A stretch of 63,876 nt of DNA, the filler included, from an uncultured bacterium (lineage in GTDB: Bacteria > CAZSTA01): the NCBI GenBank assembly GCA_964609495.1. It is 3 parts of 3 records of this genome, joined end to end, with 100 filler letters (N's around TTAATTAATTAA, not from the genome) between each part and the next. Parts side by side here need not be neighbours in the genome. Positions count along the whole stretch, not along the records: positions 1 to 22,451 come from CAZSTA010000037.1; positions 22,552 to 44,824 come from CAZSTA010000038.1; 1 more part is not named here. One strand, 5' to 3'. Within the stretch, counting starts at the first letter, position 1. The number at the start of each line of letters is the position of its first letter. Both the position numbers and the translations under genes were made by a program. Below the pieces are notes generated by a model that was given only the letters and a program-made list of their open reading frames with translations, had not been told where the DNA came from and did not search any database. Positions 19,477 to 30,124 of the stretch are shown one piece after another.

Positions 19477-20328
19477 TTATACGATTTGATCATCTTCTCC
19501 TTTAACATACTCGATAAAGACTTGACGATAGGGAAAGGGGATCTCTATTCCCGCGGCATCTAAGGCTTTTTTCATCTTCTCCTGCAATTCGAATCGCAGA
19601 GGGACCTCCTGGTAGATATCTTTAGGCCATACCCTCAATTCTAAATTCACACTAGAATCTCCTAGGTCAGTCACAACCACATCCGGAGCAGGATTCGTCG
19701 AGATCCTCCCATCTCCTTCAATCGTACTCAGCAGAACTCTTCTAGCTTCATCTATATCCTCTTTATAAGCAATGCCTATAGGGACACCCAGACGTAATGA
19801 ACCGCTTAAGGTATGATTGATTATCTTAGAATCAACGATCAGACTATTAGGGAGAGAGACTATTTCATTATTCAAGGTCCTCATTCTAGTGGAGCGAAGA
19901 GTTACTTTAGTTATCTTACCATAGGTATCAGCTATCTCCACCATATCCCCCACGCGAAATGGCTTATCCCAGAGAATTATTATACCAGCTATCATATTCG
20001 ATAGTGTATCCTTAGCTGCAAAACCGATAGCGATACCCGCGATTCCCAAACCGCCAAGTAGAGGCATGATTTTTACTCCCACCTGGTCAGCAGCCATAAT
20101 GACTGCCAGGACTATAATAACATATTTCACTATGCTGGTAAATAATTCAGCTATAGCCCTTTCAACTTTAGCTTTATCAAGAGCTTTAATTAAGAGAGCA
20201 TCTAATATCCTATAGCTCACATATCCTATCACTAGAATAATAATAGCAGTTAATATTCTAGGGACAAAATTTATAAACTTAAGGTAAAATAGTTTAAGAG
20301 CGCCTATCTCTTGAGCAAAAATATCCAT
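19477..20328 (-). CDS. mscS: Small-conductance mechanosensitive channel
   Basis: GIAIGFA, KPFRVGD, LRST, LPNS, GIEIPFP. Confidence 0.92.
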   Translation of the reverse strand: MDIFAQEIGALKLFYLKFINFVPRILTAIIILVIGYVSYRILDALLIKALDKAKVERAIAELFTSIVKYVIIVLAVIMAADQVGVKIMPLLGGLGIAGIAIGFAAKDTLSNMIAGIIILWDKPFRVGDMVEIADTYGKITKVTLRSTRMRTLNNEIVSLPNSLIVDSKIINHTLSGSLRLGVPIGIAYKEDIDEARRVLLSTIEGDGRISTNPAPDVVVTDLGDSSVNLELRVWPKDIYQEVPLRFELQEKMKKALDAAGIEIPFPYRQVFIEYVKGEDDQIV

Positions 20329-20490
20329 TATAATATTATCTCCTTTCCTTTATATAAAACTGATAATCTGCAAGGATCCACTAGCCTTATCTGCGATTAA
20401 CTTACCGTTCTCAATTTGTTAATTCGAAAAGATAACCTTCTTCACAACACTCTGAGTAGCTATCGCATCCATAGTCTGAGAAAAAGGGAT

Positions 20491-21288
20491 CTATTCCCTC
20501 TCGGCATCTAAAGCTTTTTTCGCCTTTTCTAGTAATTCGGATAGCAGAGGCACCTCCTGATAGGGATCTTTAAGCCGTACTCTCAGTTCTAAATTCATGC
20601 TAGAATCCCCCAGGTCGGTTACAACCATACTCGGTGCAGGATCCGTCAAGATCCTGTCATCTCCCTCAATTGTGCTCATCAGGATTTTTCTGACTTCATC
20701 TACATCCTCTTGGCGAGCAATGCCTACCGGGACCCACAGACATAATGAACCGCCTAGGGTATGATTAATTATCTTAGAACTGATGATCATATTATTAGGG
20801 AGGGAAACTATTTCATCTTTCAAGGTTTTCATCCTAGTGGAGCGAAGGGTTATTTTAATCACCTTGCCAAAGCTACTAGCTATCTCCACCATATCTCCCA
20901 CGCGAAATGGTTTCTCAAGAAGGATTATTATACCTGCTATCATATCCGATATCGTCCCTCTAGCCGCAAAGCCAATAGCGATACCAGTGATTCCTAAACC
21001 GCCGAGTACAGCCGCGACTCGTATTCCCAAATGATCAGCAGCCATAACGATTGCCAGGGCTATAATGACATATTTCACTATGCTGGTAAACAATTCAGCT
21101 ATAGGTTTTTCAACTTTAGCCCTATCAAGAACTTTAGTTAAGAGAGCATTTAATATCCTGTAGCTCAAATATCCTATCACTAAGATAATAATAGCGATTA
21201 CGAGTCTAGGGATAGAATCTATAAACTTAAGGTAAAATAGTTTAAAAGTGCCTATATCTTCAGTTATGTCTTCAGTAAAATTATCCAT
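20491..21288 (-). CDS. mscS: MscS paralog, C-terminally truncated
   Basis: Close paralog of 19477-20328; stops just before IPF and lacks the terminal strand. Confidence 0.85.
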   Translation of the reverse strand: MDNFTEDITEDIGTFKLFYLKFIDSIPRLVIAIIILVIGYLSYRILNALLTKVLDRAKVEKPIAELFTSIVKYVIIALAIVMAADHLGIRVAAVLGGLGITGIAIGFAARGTISDMIAGIIILLEKPFRVGDMVEIASSFGKVIKITLRSTRMKTLKDEIVSLPNNMIISSKIINHTLGGSLCLWVPVGIARQEDVDEVRKILMSTIEGDDRILTDPAPSMVVTDLGDSSMNLELRVRLKDPYQEVPLLSELLEKAKKALDAERE

Positions 21289-21372
21289 CAGGACGTTACT
21301 TCCTCTCCTACTAACTTTGTATAAAGCTGCCAGATCCGTAAGGATCCGACAGCCTTATCTTCGATCAATTTA

Positions 21373-22353
21373 TTAATCTGAGAAGATAACCTTCCTCACG
21401 ACGTTCTGAGTAGCTATCGCATCCATAGTCTCCTGAGCCTTCTTCAAAGCGGCGACATCTAACTTGTCCAGCAACTCCCACGTAGCCTTGGTATTCTTAA
21501 TCGCCATCGTTGCCGCCTCCACTCCGTCCTCCCGATAGGGAAACATATCGAGTGCGAACCAGCCTTGATAATTCGTTTCCTTGCAGTAGTAGAGGAACTC
21601 CAGAGTCTCCCAGAAGTTAATAACACCAGCGATCATATCATCATCCCATTCGCCATAAGCATCATTGAGATGGACATTGAAGAGTTTACCACGGCGATTA
21701 AGATAGGCAACGGACTCGCCCGGATTCTCGCGGCTCATCAAAGCATGTCCGAAGTCGATGGTCACCCCGACATTATCCAAGCCCACTTCTAGAGAAAGTG
21801 CCAGAGCCTTGCCCACACTACCGATCGTCATATGGGTGCGAGGTTCCTTTAATTTATATTCAACCCCTACTTTAATATCAGGAGCGGCATACTCACCGAT
21901 CTCCCGAACTCCACTGACCTCTAAATCCCATTGAGTAGTATAATCCACTTGGAATGGATAATCGAAACCATCTGCTCCCAACCAGAGGGCAGCGCCAGGA
22001 GAACCTATCTCCCTAGCAAGATCGACCGACTTCCTAGCCTCCGCGAGCGCATCCGCCCTTATCTTCGGATCGCGGTTGGTGAAAGCACCATGCTTGAACT
22101 TGGGATCGCTCCAAACATTAGTATTAACATTAGAACAGAGCAAGTTACCATCCTTCAAAAGCTTCTTGAGCTTATCTACAGTTATAGAATCGAAGTCAGT
22201 CTGATGAACCTCTACAGCTTGTGCCCCTTCTACCCTAGTTGCTCTCTCTATCATCTCCTCAACGCTGACTTCAGGCCCATAACCTCCACTTGCGAATCTA
22301 TCGGCGGTCTTTCCCAAAACCCATAAACCTGTAGAGAATTTCGGTTCTGCCAT
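21373..22353 (-). CDS. Xylose isomerase-like TIM-barrel sugar isomerase
   Basis: WLGADG, EYKLKEPR, DFGH, HLND..WDDD, LDMFP. Confidence 0.85.
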   Translation of the reverse strand: MAEPKFSTGLWVLGKTADRFASGGYGPEVSVEEMIERATRVEGAQAVEVHQTDFDSITVDKLKKLLKDGNLLCSNVNTNVWSDPKFKHGAFTNRDPKIRADALAEARKSVDLAREIGSPGAALWLGADGFDYPFQVDYTTQWDLEVSGVREIGEYAAPDIKVGVEYKLKEPRTHMTIGSVGKALALSLEVGLDNVGVTIDFGHALMSRENPGESVAYLNRRGKLFNVHLNDAYGEWDDDMIAGVINFWETLEFLYYCKETNYQGWFALDMFPYREDGVEAATMAIKNTKATWELLDKLDVAALKKAQETMDAIATQNVVRKVIFSD

Positions 22354-22451
22354 CTTTCCAATCAACCTCCTTATAAATTAGCTGCTAATAGAAACGACCT
22401 AAAATTAATGCTTAAGACCTAACCCACTGTGACTAGTTGGACCGATGATCG

Positions 22452-22550
22452 NNNNNNNNNNNNNNNNNNNNNNNNNNNNNNNNNNNNNNNNNNNNTTAAT
22501 TAATTAANNNNNNNNNNNNNNNNNNNNNNNNNNNNNNNNNNNNNNNNNNN
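22452..22550. other. Artificial contig linker
   Basis: N-run, TTAATTAATTAA (stops in all frames), N-run. Confidence 0.95.
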
Positions 22551-22676
22551 NTTCTTTGAAGCTATTTAAATTCACCTGACTGTAAGGCACTTTCCAGATA
22601 AGAGGCGACTAATTGGAGTTGCTCTTTATAATCAGTTCGAGAGGTTGAGTAATTTATCATATCGGATGATTGACCC

Positions 22677-23966
22677 CTACTTCTCACAAACACTTCTCAT
22701 CATATCCATAAAGCCAGGGAATGATACATCTATACATTCTGCCCCCTCTATTATCGTCTCCCCTTCAGCTACCAACCCCGCAACGGCTAAGGACATCGCC
22801 ATTCGGTGATCTAGATAGCTATTAACTATCGCTCCTTTGAGCTTACCTCCTCCAGAGATGATCATTCCATCGGGTTTCTCCTCAACCCTCGCAGATAACT
22901 TCCTCAACTCGCTTACCATAGCGGCGATACGATCCGTCTCCTTAACTCGCAATTCAGAGGCGTCCTTGATGATCATCTCCCCTTCAGCGCGAGTTCCAGC
23001 TACGGCTAAGAGCGGTAGCTCATCTATCAACCTAGGTATTATATCCCCCCCAATGGTAACGCCGTGTAACTCGCTTCCCTTCACCGTGATATCAGCTACC
23101 ATCTCGCCCGATATCTCCTCGATATTATCGATTTGCAAATCCGCAGACATCTCCCTTAAAACCTCTAATATCCCCGCCCTAGTAGGATTAATCCCCACTC
23201 GCTCGATAGTTAATTCCGATCCCTCAAGCATAGCGCCAGCAGTGAGGAAATAGGAGGCGGAGGAGATATCACCAGGAACGGAGATCGGTTTGCCTTGTAA
23301 AGAGGGAGAGCCAGTTATGGTGACAGTAGTTCCCTGCCTATCGATCTTCGCCCCTAGGTAAGATAGCATCCTTTCCGTATGATCTCTCGATCGGCTGGGT
23401 TCAGTAACCCTAGTTTCCCCCTCAGCGTTCAGTCCAGCTAAGAGTATGGATGATTTGACTTGGGCACTCGCTACCGGGGTGTGATAATCGATTCCTCTTA
23501 ACTCTCCTCCATACACACTTAGAGGAGCGAGGCGACCACCATTCCTGCCCCAGATCTTGGCGCCCATCTCTCTTAAAGGATCAACAACGCGCCCCATCGG
23601 ACGCTTACGCAGAGAAGCATCTCCAGTCAGCACCGTATAGAAAGGTTGACCAGCTAAGATTCCGAGCATAAGACGCATAGTGGTCCCTGAATTTCTCACG
23701 TCTAAGATATCTCCTGGCTCTCTGAGACCTCTTAATCCACAACCGTGAACGATTAATCTATCCTCTCCCATCCTATCTATCTCGACTCCTAGCTTCTGAA
23801 AGCAATTCAGGGTGCTTAGACAATCCTCTCCTGCTAGAAAACCATCTATCTCGGTTACCCCTTGAGCTAAAGAGCCGAACATCACCGCTCGATGAGAGAT
23901 CGATTTATCCCCAGGGACTCTGATAATACCTCTTAAACACTTAACTGGCTTTATCTCTAACCGCAT
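22677..23966 (-). CDS. aroA: 3-phosphoshikimate 1-carboxyvinyltransferase (EPSP synthase)
   Basis: PGDKSISHR, NSGTT, SAQVKS, RDHTE, ELRVKETDR, DHRMAM. Confidence 0.97.
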   Translation of the reverse strand: MRLEIKPVKCLRGIIRVPGDKSISHRAVMFGSLAQGVTEIDGFLAGEDCLSTLNCFQKLGVEIDRMGEDRLIVHGCGLRGLREPGDILDVRNSGTTMRLMLGILAGQPFYTVLTGDASLRKRPMGRVVDPLREMGAKIWGRNGGRLAPLSVYGGELRGIDYHTPVASAQVKSSILLAGLNAEGETRVTEPSRSRDHTERMLSYLGAKIDRQGTTVTITGSPSLQGKPISVPGDISSASYFLTAGAMLEGSELTIERVGINPTRAGILEVLREMSADLQIDNIEEISGEMVADITVKGSELHGVTIGGDIIPRLIDELPLLAVAGTRAEGEMIIKDASELRVKETDRIAAMVSELRKLSARVEEKPDGMIISGGGKLKGAIVNSYLDHRMAMSLAVAGLVAEGETIIEGAECIDVSFPGFMDMMRSVCEK

Positions 23967-23982
23967 AACTCTCCCCTCGAAC

Positions 23983-25089
23983 TCAGCGTCTTCTAGCCGC
24001 AAAACCTTCTCTTCTCAAGATAACTAAAGCTCTCTCTAAGGACTTGTTATCCTCAAGCTCCAGCTTCATTGTTCCCCGCTCTTCCTCCCTTATGTGCATT
24101 ATCTCAATATCTCTGATATTGATATTTTCCCCCTTTAGAGCTGAAGAGATGCGACTGATCACCCCTGGCTTATCGGGAACTGGTATCACTATCTCATAGA
24201 TGGATGGTAATAATCCCTTTCCAGTGCGAGGGATGTTATCCCTCAACTTCTTCGCCCTCTCAAAGGTTTCCATCAATCCATCATCGCTCTCTCCCTTTAT
24301 GAATTCTTCCATCTCCTCGATCGTGGCTTTGAAATCGTTCAATACTCTCAAGATAACATCCTTATTCGTAAGGAAGATATCCCTCCACATAGCTGGAGAG
24401 CCGCTCGAGACTCTGGTGGTATCGCGAAATCCTCCTGCGGCTAAGGATAGGAGTTCACTATCGGAGGCGGATATCTTTCCCACAGTATTCATAAGACATA
24501 CCGCCGCAAGATGAGGAAGATGGCTCACCGCGGCTACGATCCTATCGTGTTCCTCAGGTGAGAGCTTGACTATCTGCGCCCGAATCCTCTCCAGAAGAGC
24601 GGAGAGCGTATCGACCGCCGAGGGATCAGTTTTGGAGGTAAGGGTCAGGACGTAAACCGCGTTTTCGAATAGATAGGGATCAGCCGCCTCTATCCCTATC
24701 TGCTCTGAGCCAGCCATCGGATGTCCTCCCACATAGAAGATGTCAGAGGGAAGCATCTCTTCCACTCTCTTTACGACCCTCAATTTAGTGCTTCCCACAT
24801 CCGAGATGATAGCTCTTGGTTTTAGGTAAGGGATGATCTCCCTGATAATCTGAACGATTGTCCTCACCGGAGTAGCTACTATAACTATATCTGCATCCTT
24901 AACTCCCTGACTGAGCTTCACAGTTCCTCTATCTATCGCCCCGATCTCAGTCGCGATCTTTATAGCTCTCTCATCTAAATCGACTCCTATGATCTCACTG
25001 CCCAACTCGTTTCTCTTGAAAGCCATAGCTAAGGAGCCACCGATCAACCCTAAACCCACTATGGAGATCTTAAAAGGAAATTCAGACAT
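23983..25089 (-). CDS. tyrA: Prephenate dehydrogenase with C-terminal ACT domain
   Basis: GLGLIGGS, DVGSTK, GHPMAGSE, HD..VA.VSHLPH, FRDTTR, PDKPG. Confidence 0.95.
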   Translation of the reverse strand: MSEFPFKISIVGLGLIGGSLAMAFKRNELGSEIIGVDLDERAIKIATEIGAIDRGTVKLSQGVKDADIVIVATPVRTIVQIIREIIPYLKPRAIISDVGSTKLRVVKRVEEMLPSDIFYVGGHPMAGSEQIGIEAADPYLFENAVYVLTLTSKTDPSAVDTLSALLERIRAQIVKLSPEEHDRIVAAVSHLPHLAAVCLMNTVGKISASDSELLSLAAGGFRDTTRVSSGSPAMWRDIFLTNKDVILRVLNDFKATIEEMEEFIKGESDDGLMETFERAKKLRDNIPRTGKGLLPSIYEIVIPVPDKPGVISRISSALKGENINIRDIEIMHIREEERGTMKLELEDNKSLERALVILRREGFAARRR

Positions 25090-25094
25090 TCGTA

Positions 25095-26108
25095 TTAAAC
25101 CTGCCTTCCTAGAGCCTCAGCTACTCGTTTAACTTCCTCCACCAATTGCCCGAATTCCTCCGGGATTAGAGATTGAGGTCCATCCGAGATAGCTTTCTCA
25201 GGATTGGGATGAACTTCTACCAGTAAACCATCAGCACCAGCCGCGATCGCAGCTCTAGCCATCGGTATAACCAGACTCCGCCGGCCAGTGCCATGGCTGG
25301 GATCAGCTATCACTGGGAGATGGCTCAATTGCTTAACTAGAGGGATAGCATTTAGATCAAGAGTATTCCTAGTATAGGTCTCAAAGGTCCTTATCCCTCG
25401 TTCACACAATATAACGTTGAAGTTCCCCATATCCAAGATATACTCCGCGGAGAGAATCCACTCCTCGACTCGTGCGCTCATCCCTCGTTTTAAGAGCACC
25501 GGTTTATTCGTTCTTCCCACCTCCTGCAACAACATGTAATTCTGCATATTGCGTGTTCCGATCTGGAAGATATCGGTATATTTCGCTACCATCTCGACAT
25601 GTTGAGGGGACATAACCTCGGTTACGATCGATAGCCCGGTCTCCTCCTTGGCTTGAGCTAAGATCTTGAGTCCTTCCTTCCCCAATCCTTGAAATTTATG
25701 GGGAGAGGTGCGAGGTTTGAAAGCGCCGCCTCGCAATATCAAAGCACCGGCCTCTTTTACAGCCTTAGCTGTCTCCATAACTTGCTCATAGCTCTCCACC
25801 GCGCATGGCCCTGCCATTAGGACGATCCTGTTCCCTCCGATCTTTATCCCATTAACATCAACAATAGTATCCTGCTCCTTGAAGATTCTGCTGGCTAGTT
25901 TAAACGGACGCATAATAGGGACTACCTTCTCCACTCCTGGGAAAGCCTCCAGAGGCTCGTCCCGAAGGGGCTTCTCATCCCCGATAGCGCCAATTATAGT
26001 CCTCTCTATTCCAGTGGAGAGATGGGTCTTAAACCCTAGCTCGTGAAGACGCTCTACAACATGCTCTATCTCCTTTTGCGTTGCATCTGCCACCATTACA
26101 ATAACCAT
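25095..26108 (-). CDS. aroF: DAHP synthase (type I-beta)
   Basis: [32 protein letters not shown]. Confidence 0.96.
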   Translation of the reverse strand: MVIVMVADATQKEIEHVVERLHELGFKTHLSTGIERTIIGAIGDEKPLRDEPLEAFPGVEKVVPIMRPFKLASRIFKEQDTIVDVNGIKIGGNRIVLMAGPCAVESYEQVMETAKAVKEAGALILRGGAFKPRTSPHKFQGLGKEGLKILAQAKEETGLSIVTEVMSPQHVEMVAKYTDIFQIGTRNMQNYMLLQEVGRTNKPVLLKRGMSARVEEWILSAEYILDMGNFNVILCERGIRTFETYTRNTLDLNAIPLVKQLSHLPVIADPSHGTGRRSLVIPMARAAIAAGADGLLVEVHPNPEKAISDGPQSLIPEEFGQLVEEVKRVAEALGRQV

Positions 26109-26134
26109 TATTATTCACTCCTTAAAAACTATAC

Positions 26135-26500
26135 TCATCCATTCTCTAAATCTGGTCTTAAACTTTTGGCTTTGTTTAGATATACATGCTTTATTTCCTT
26201 CTGCGTCTTCTCGGTATTAACCAAGATCAAAACTCGAACTACCCTAGAGAGTGTTCCTGAAACATCCATCTCTTGAGCACAAGTTCGAGGCACAAATTCC
26301 CATCCAGGTCTCCGAGCCGCTAAAGCCGGAAAAGCGGCATTTAGATCGGAAGTGGCGGTGAAGAGCATACTAGCTACATCCTCAAGCTTTATATCATTAG
26401 CCCTTATGATCTCATCCAACAGCTCAGATGTGCCCTCTACTATAGCCTGTTTGGTATTCTCCGAAATAACTGTAGCTCCCCTAATACCGCGAACTGCCAT
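26135..26500 (-). CDS. aroH: Chorismate mutase, AroH class
   Basis: VRGIRGA, DL.A.FPA, CAQEM.V, HVYL..A..LRPD. Confidence 0.93.
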   Translation of the reverse strand: MAVRGIRGATVISENTKQAIVEGTSELLDEIIRANDIKLEDVASMLFTATSDLNAAFPALAARRPGWEFVPRTCAQEMDVSGTLSRVVRVLILVNTEKTQKEIKHVYLNKAKSLRPDLENG

Positions 26501-26535
26501 TCCACCATCTCCTAGCTGTCCAGATTGATAATTCA

Positions 26536-27819
26536 CTAATTACCGACCTTATTGGAGTGAAATTCGTTCTCCAATATCTCCAATATATCCTCCTGCGACT
26601 CAACTACCTTCGCCCTATCGGCTATCAGCTCGTTATATAGAATCGAGGCTCTTCCCTCTACAAAATCCCTCTCCGATATGGGGGTCTCCTGATGAATTAT
26701 CAGAGGGATATTATTATCTAAGGCGAACTTAGCCGCCTCGAGATTCTTCATATTCCCATGACCGATAGGAATATTAGTTAGGATTACTACATCAGCCTTT
26801 TCGATAGCTCGTAGATTGAGCTTATGAGTATCCTCCCTTATCGGAGAGAAAGGTATCTCCTCAACCACCTCTACCCCTAGAGATATAGCTAGTTCCCAAT
26901 CCGAATCTTTGACGTTTAAAGCTCCAACAGTTATTTTATATCCCTCTTTGCACAGACGAGAGATTACCGTCTGACCTGCTCCTCCTCCACATATTATATG
27001 CACTCTCAAGGTCTTGGTGAATAAGCTTCTCTTCTGATTCGGATAGGGGATCACCAAGGGTCTATTAGAAAAGGTATCCTTTCTTATAATCACTTCCGCG
27101 TTATATACCGCCTTTATATTATCAGCGGTTATAACTTCCTCGGGGCGACCAGAGGCGAATATCTTCCCTTTATTAAGCATTATAAGATAATCACAATATT
27201 GGGATGATAAGTTTAGATCATGGGATACCGCGATAATCGTTAAATCCTCCTCTTTATTGAGCCTTTTGATAAGATCGAATATCTCCAATTGATAATTTAT
27301 ATCCAAGTGGGAAGTAGGTTCATCTAAGAGCAGAAGAGTTGGCTCTTGCGTCAAAGCTCTAGCGATAATAACCCTTTGCTTCTCCCCACCCGATAGCTCC
27401 GTAAAGGGACGATGAGCTATATCCCAAGTATCCGTAAGTTGCATCGCTCTCTGGGCGATCTCTCTATCTCTCTCCCCCTCCTGGGAAAATCTTCCTATAT
27501 AGGGCGCTCTTCCCATAAGGACTATCTCCCAGGCGGTGAAAGCAAAGGAGATCTCGCCATCTTGAGGAACGACCGCGACTCTCCTAGCTAGATCTCTCCT
27601 CTTAAATAATTTGATATCCTTCCCCTCTAGGATGATATCTCCCTCAGAAGGTTTTAACACCCGACTTATATTTTTCAACAGAGTAGATTTCCCCGAGCCA
27701 TTAGGCCCTATGATCCCCACGAACTCCCCTCTATCTATGGAGAAACTTATATCGTGCAGAACCTTTATAGTCTCATAGTCGAAGTTTACGTTACGAACTT
27801 CTAGTGAAGTTTTGAGCAA
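26536..27819 (-). CDS. Iron-chelate/cobalamin-type ABC transporter ATP-binding protein with C-terminal extension
   Basis: GPNGSGKST, LSGGEKQR, LLDEPTSHLD, HDLN; extension VHIICGGG. Confidence 0.9.
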   Translation of the reverse strand: MLKTSLEVRNVNFDYETIKVLHDISFSIDRGEFVGIIGPNGSGKSTLLKNISRVLKPSEGDIILEGKDIKLFKRRDLARRVAVVPQDGEISFAFTAWEIVLMGRAPYIGRFSQEGERDREIAQRAMQLTDTWDIAHRPFTELSGGEKQRVIIARALTQEPTLLLLDEPTSHLDINYQLEIFDLIKRLNKEEDLTIIAVSHDLNLSSQYCDYLIMLNKGKIFASGRPEEVITADNIKAVYNAEVIIRKDTFSNRPLVIPYPNQKRSLFTKTLRVHIICGGGAGQTVISRLCKEGYKITVGALNVKDSDWELAISLGVEVVEEIPFSPIREDTHKLNLRAIEKADVVILTNIPIGHGNMKNLEAAKFALDNNIPLIIHQETPISERDFVEGRASILYNELIADRAKVVESQEDILEILENEFHSNKVGN

Positions 27820-28133
27820 GATTTGATCACCCCTTAGATCCCGAACATTCGGGTATCAAGATAGCTTCGAAAGTCGATTATACTCACTCTAATTACATAA
27901 CTCAGTTCAGCAACTCAAATTACAAGAGACTGAATCGCTACTTTGTTTGCTAAGGCCAATCATAGAACTATTGCTTCGAAGATAACTTAGATATAAAACA
28001 CGGAAACACAAGGCCGAGATAGGTGAGGCTAAAATCTACATCTACGACGGTGTTTCCGCGGACTAGGATTACCATTATTTTTGAATAGAGCTTGAACTTT
28101 TACTAACAGCTCAGAGATACCCCTACTCACCGA

Positions 28134-28487
28134 TTATTCACCACTCGGAGGGGCTTCCTCCTCGGTCAACTCCTTCTTCTCTTCCTCGCTTAACTGCTTA
28201 GTCTCTCCCTCCTTCTTCTCGATCTCAGGTGCAGGAGCAGTTACCTCTGAACTCTCTATCTTCTCCTCAACCTTAGCTTCCTCAAGGGATGGCTTTTGCT
28301 CTTCTCTCTCTTCGGCCTCCTCTGGCTTCCCTTTCTCCCTCTGAGCATCAGATATGATCTTTAAGCCGATCAATACTAGGATGATGGGCCATAACCTCCC
28401 AATATTGAATCTGAAGAAGCCAAAGTTACCGAGTAAGATAAAAGCTCCTACTATAACCAATATCCAACCTAGAGTAGAACTTGTCAT
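28134..28487 (-). CDS. LiaF/DUF5668-like small membrane protein with acidic tail
   Basis: G.IL.IVG...LL.N...LWPIILVLIGL transmembrane pair. Confidence 0.7.
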   Translation of the reverse strand: MTSSTLGWILVIVGAFILLGNFGFFRFNIGRLWPIILVLIGLKIISDAQREKGKPEEAEEREEQKPSLEEAKVEEKIESSEVTAPAPEIEKKEGETKQLSEEEKKELTEEEAPPSGE

Positions 28488-28490
28488 TAT

Positions 28491-29216
28491 CTATCTACCT
28501 CCTTTTTTGATTTGCTTAAGTTTCTTTATCTCTTCCCTCGTTAGTATTCTATAATCGCCAGATTTTAACCCCTCAAGGTTTATATCTCCTATGCTTATCC
28601 TCTTCAAGGCAAGAACTGGATGACCCACAGCCTTACACATCCTCTTTACTTCCCTCTTTCTCCCCTCCCGAAGAGTTAGAAGAAAAACTGATCTTCGAGG
28701 ATCGCTAGATAATAGTTCGACTTCCGCTTCTGCCGTTCGTCCATCCTCTAACTCAACTCCCCTACTCAGTTTATCAAGACTTTCCTTATCAATAACTCCC
28801 TTAACTTCCACTCGATAGGTCTTAGGGATTTGATAGCGAGGGTGAGTCAAAAGATCGGCTAATTCTCCATCATTAGTTAGGAGGAGAAGTCCTTCTGTAT
28901 CAAAATCCAATCTCCCTACTGGATAGACCCGCTCCTTTATATCAGGTATCAGGTCTAATACTGTGGGACGCCTGTATGGATCGGATACTGTAGAGAGGTA
29001 GCCCTTAGGCTTATTTAGAACGAGATAAACTTTATCTTCCTTCTCGTTTATCAGTTCCCCATCGACTCTGATCTCATCCCTTTGGGGATCTACCGAACAT
29101 CCCAGCTCAGTTACTACCCGCCCATTAACCGTTACTCTACCAGCGGCGATCAGCTCCTCGCTATGCCTTCGAGAGGCAACTCCGGCGTGCGCAAGGAATT
29201 TATGTAAGCGTTCCAC
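28491..29216 (-). CDS. rluB: rRNA pseudouridine synthase (RluB/RsuA family)
   Basis: S4 domain RLHKFLA.AGVASRR, YPVGRLD. Confidence 0.9.
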   Translation of the reverse strand: MERLHKFLAHAGVASRRHSEELIAAGRVTVNGRVVTELGCSVDPQRDEIRVDGELINEKEDKVYLVLNKPKGYLSTVSDPYRRPTVLDLIPDIKERVYPVGRLDFDTEGLLLLTNDGELADLLTHPRYQIPKTYRVEVKGVIDKESLDKLSRGVELEDGRTAEAEVELLSSDPRRSVFLLTLREGRKREVKRMCKAVGHPVLALKRISIGDINLEGLKSGDYRILTREEIKKLKQIKKGGR

Positions 29217-29622
29217 CGCCTACTTCCTCCCTGATCACCACACAACCAAACTCTTTGCCTATCCTCTCCGCTTCTTCCTTATCCTCTCTGCCCCAAACAG
29301 ACCATCCTCCGGTTAGCTCTCCCCCAACATATATATCCACCCTGTTATCCTTAATAACCATTACTTTGGAGTTCTTCTTCCTCATTTTCTCAACTTGACG
29401 CCGAACGACTTCCTCAGCATCGATCTCCATAACTCTTAGGGCGATGAAGAGACAGGAGAGGGCATCTTCCAGCTCCTTCTTCGCAAGTTCCTGATCTCCC
29501 ATCATCAAAGCTCTTAGGGATTCAGCTACTTCCTCATTCAGATGGCTTAGGGCCTGTCTAGGATCGTTCGTCATATACTTCCGATTATCCCAAATTAGTT
29601 CTATAGCCTCTTTAATTTCCAT
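29200..29622 (-). CDS. MazG-like helical domain protein
   Basis: HLNEEVAE...ELEDAL acidic motifs. Confidence 0.55.
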   Translation of the reverse strand: MEIKEAIELIWDNRKYMTNDPRQALSHLNEEVAESLRALMMGDQELAKKELEDALSCLFIALRVMEIDAEEVVRRQVEKMRKKNSKVMVIKDNRVDIYVGGELTGGWSVWGREDKEEAERIGKEFGCVVIREEVGGGTLT

Positions 29623-29692
29623 ATTTAATTTTCCTTTCTAAGCAGCGGTCAAGAAGGTAATACATCTAAAGGATCTTCGATTTTCTATTCCC

Positions 29693-30124
29693 CTATGGAA
29701 AATAGAAATTGAAAACCTTCTTTGCCAGTGAAAAACATTTCTCTGCTATAGTTAGGGATTCTTTGGCGTCCTCTTCGCCAAACAATTGCCAAGGATCTCT
29801 ATAAGTTGCCTCATCACCGTAATCGGTCATAAAATGCTTCTCGAATCCTATCTCCTCAAATAAGGATAATGCTTTGTCTATATCCTCTATCAGATCTTTA
29901 TCTATCATCTTATCTTTGACTAATCGCTTCAATTGAATTGAGGGATTGTGAGATTTCTCGATTGGCTCGAAGATAACTATTATCGCCTTCCCCGAATTTT
30001 CAACTGATAATTGAGAATTATCAACGCAGGATCTCCAACGAGAAAGTGTTAGATCTTGCTTCGCCTCAGTTAGAAATCCCTCAGCTAAACGAAGACGATA
30101 ATGTGCCTCCTCCTCACAATTCAT
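29693..30124 (-). CDS. HEPN domain protein (putative toxin)
   Basis: AE.FL.EA...SQLSVENSGKA...SH...TDYG; overlaps the MNT gene. Confidence 0.85.
   Translation of the reverse strand: MNCEEEAHYRLRLAEGFLTEAKQDLTLSRWRSCVDNSQLSVENSGKAIIVIFEPIEKSHNPSIQLKRLVKDKMIDKDLIEDIDKALSLFEEIGFEKHFMTDYGDEATYRDPWQLFGEEDAKESLTIAEKCFSLAKKVFNFYFP

Noticed and set aside
22452-22550. TTAATTAATTAA palindrome within Ns (also 44825-44924)
   Set aside because: Artificial six-frame-stop linker; adjacency across it is not biological.
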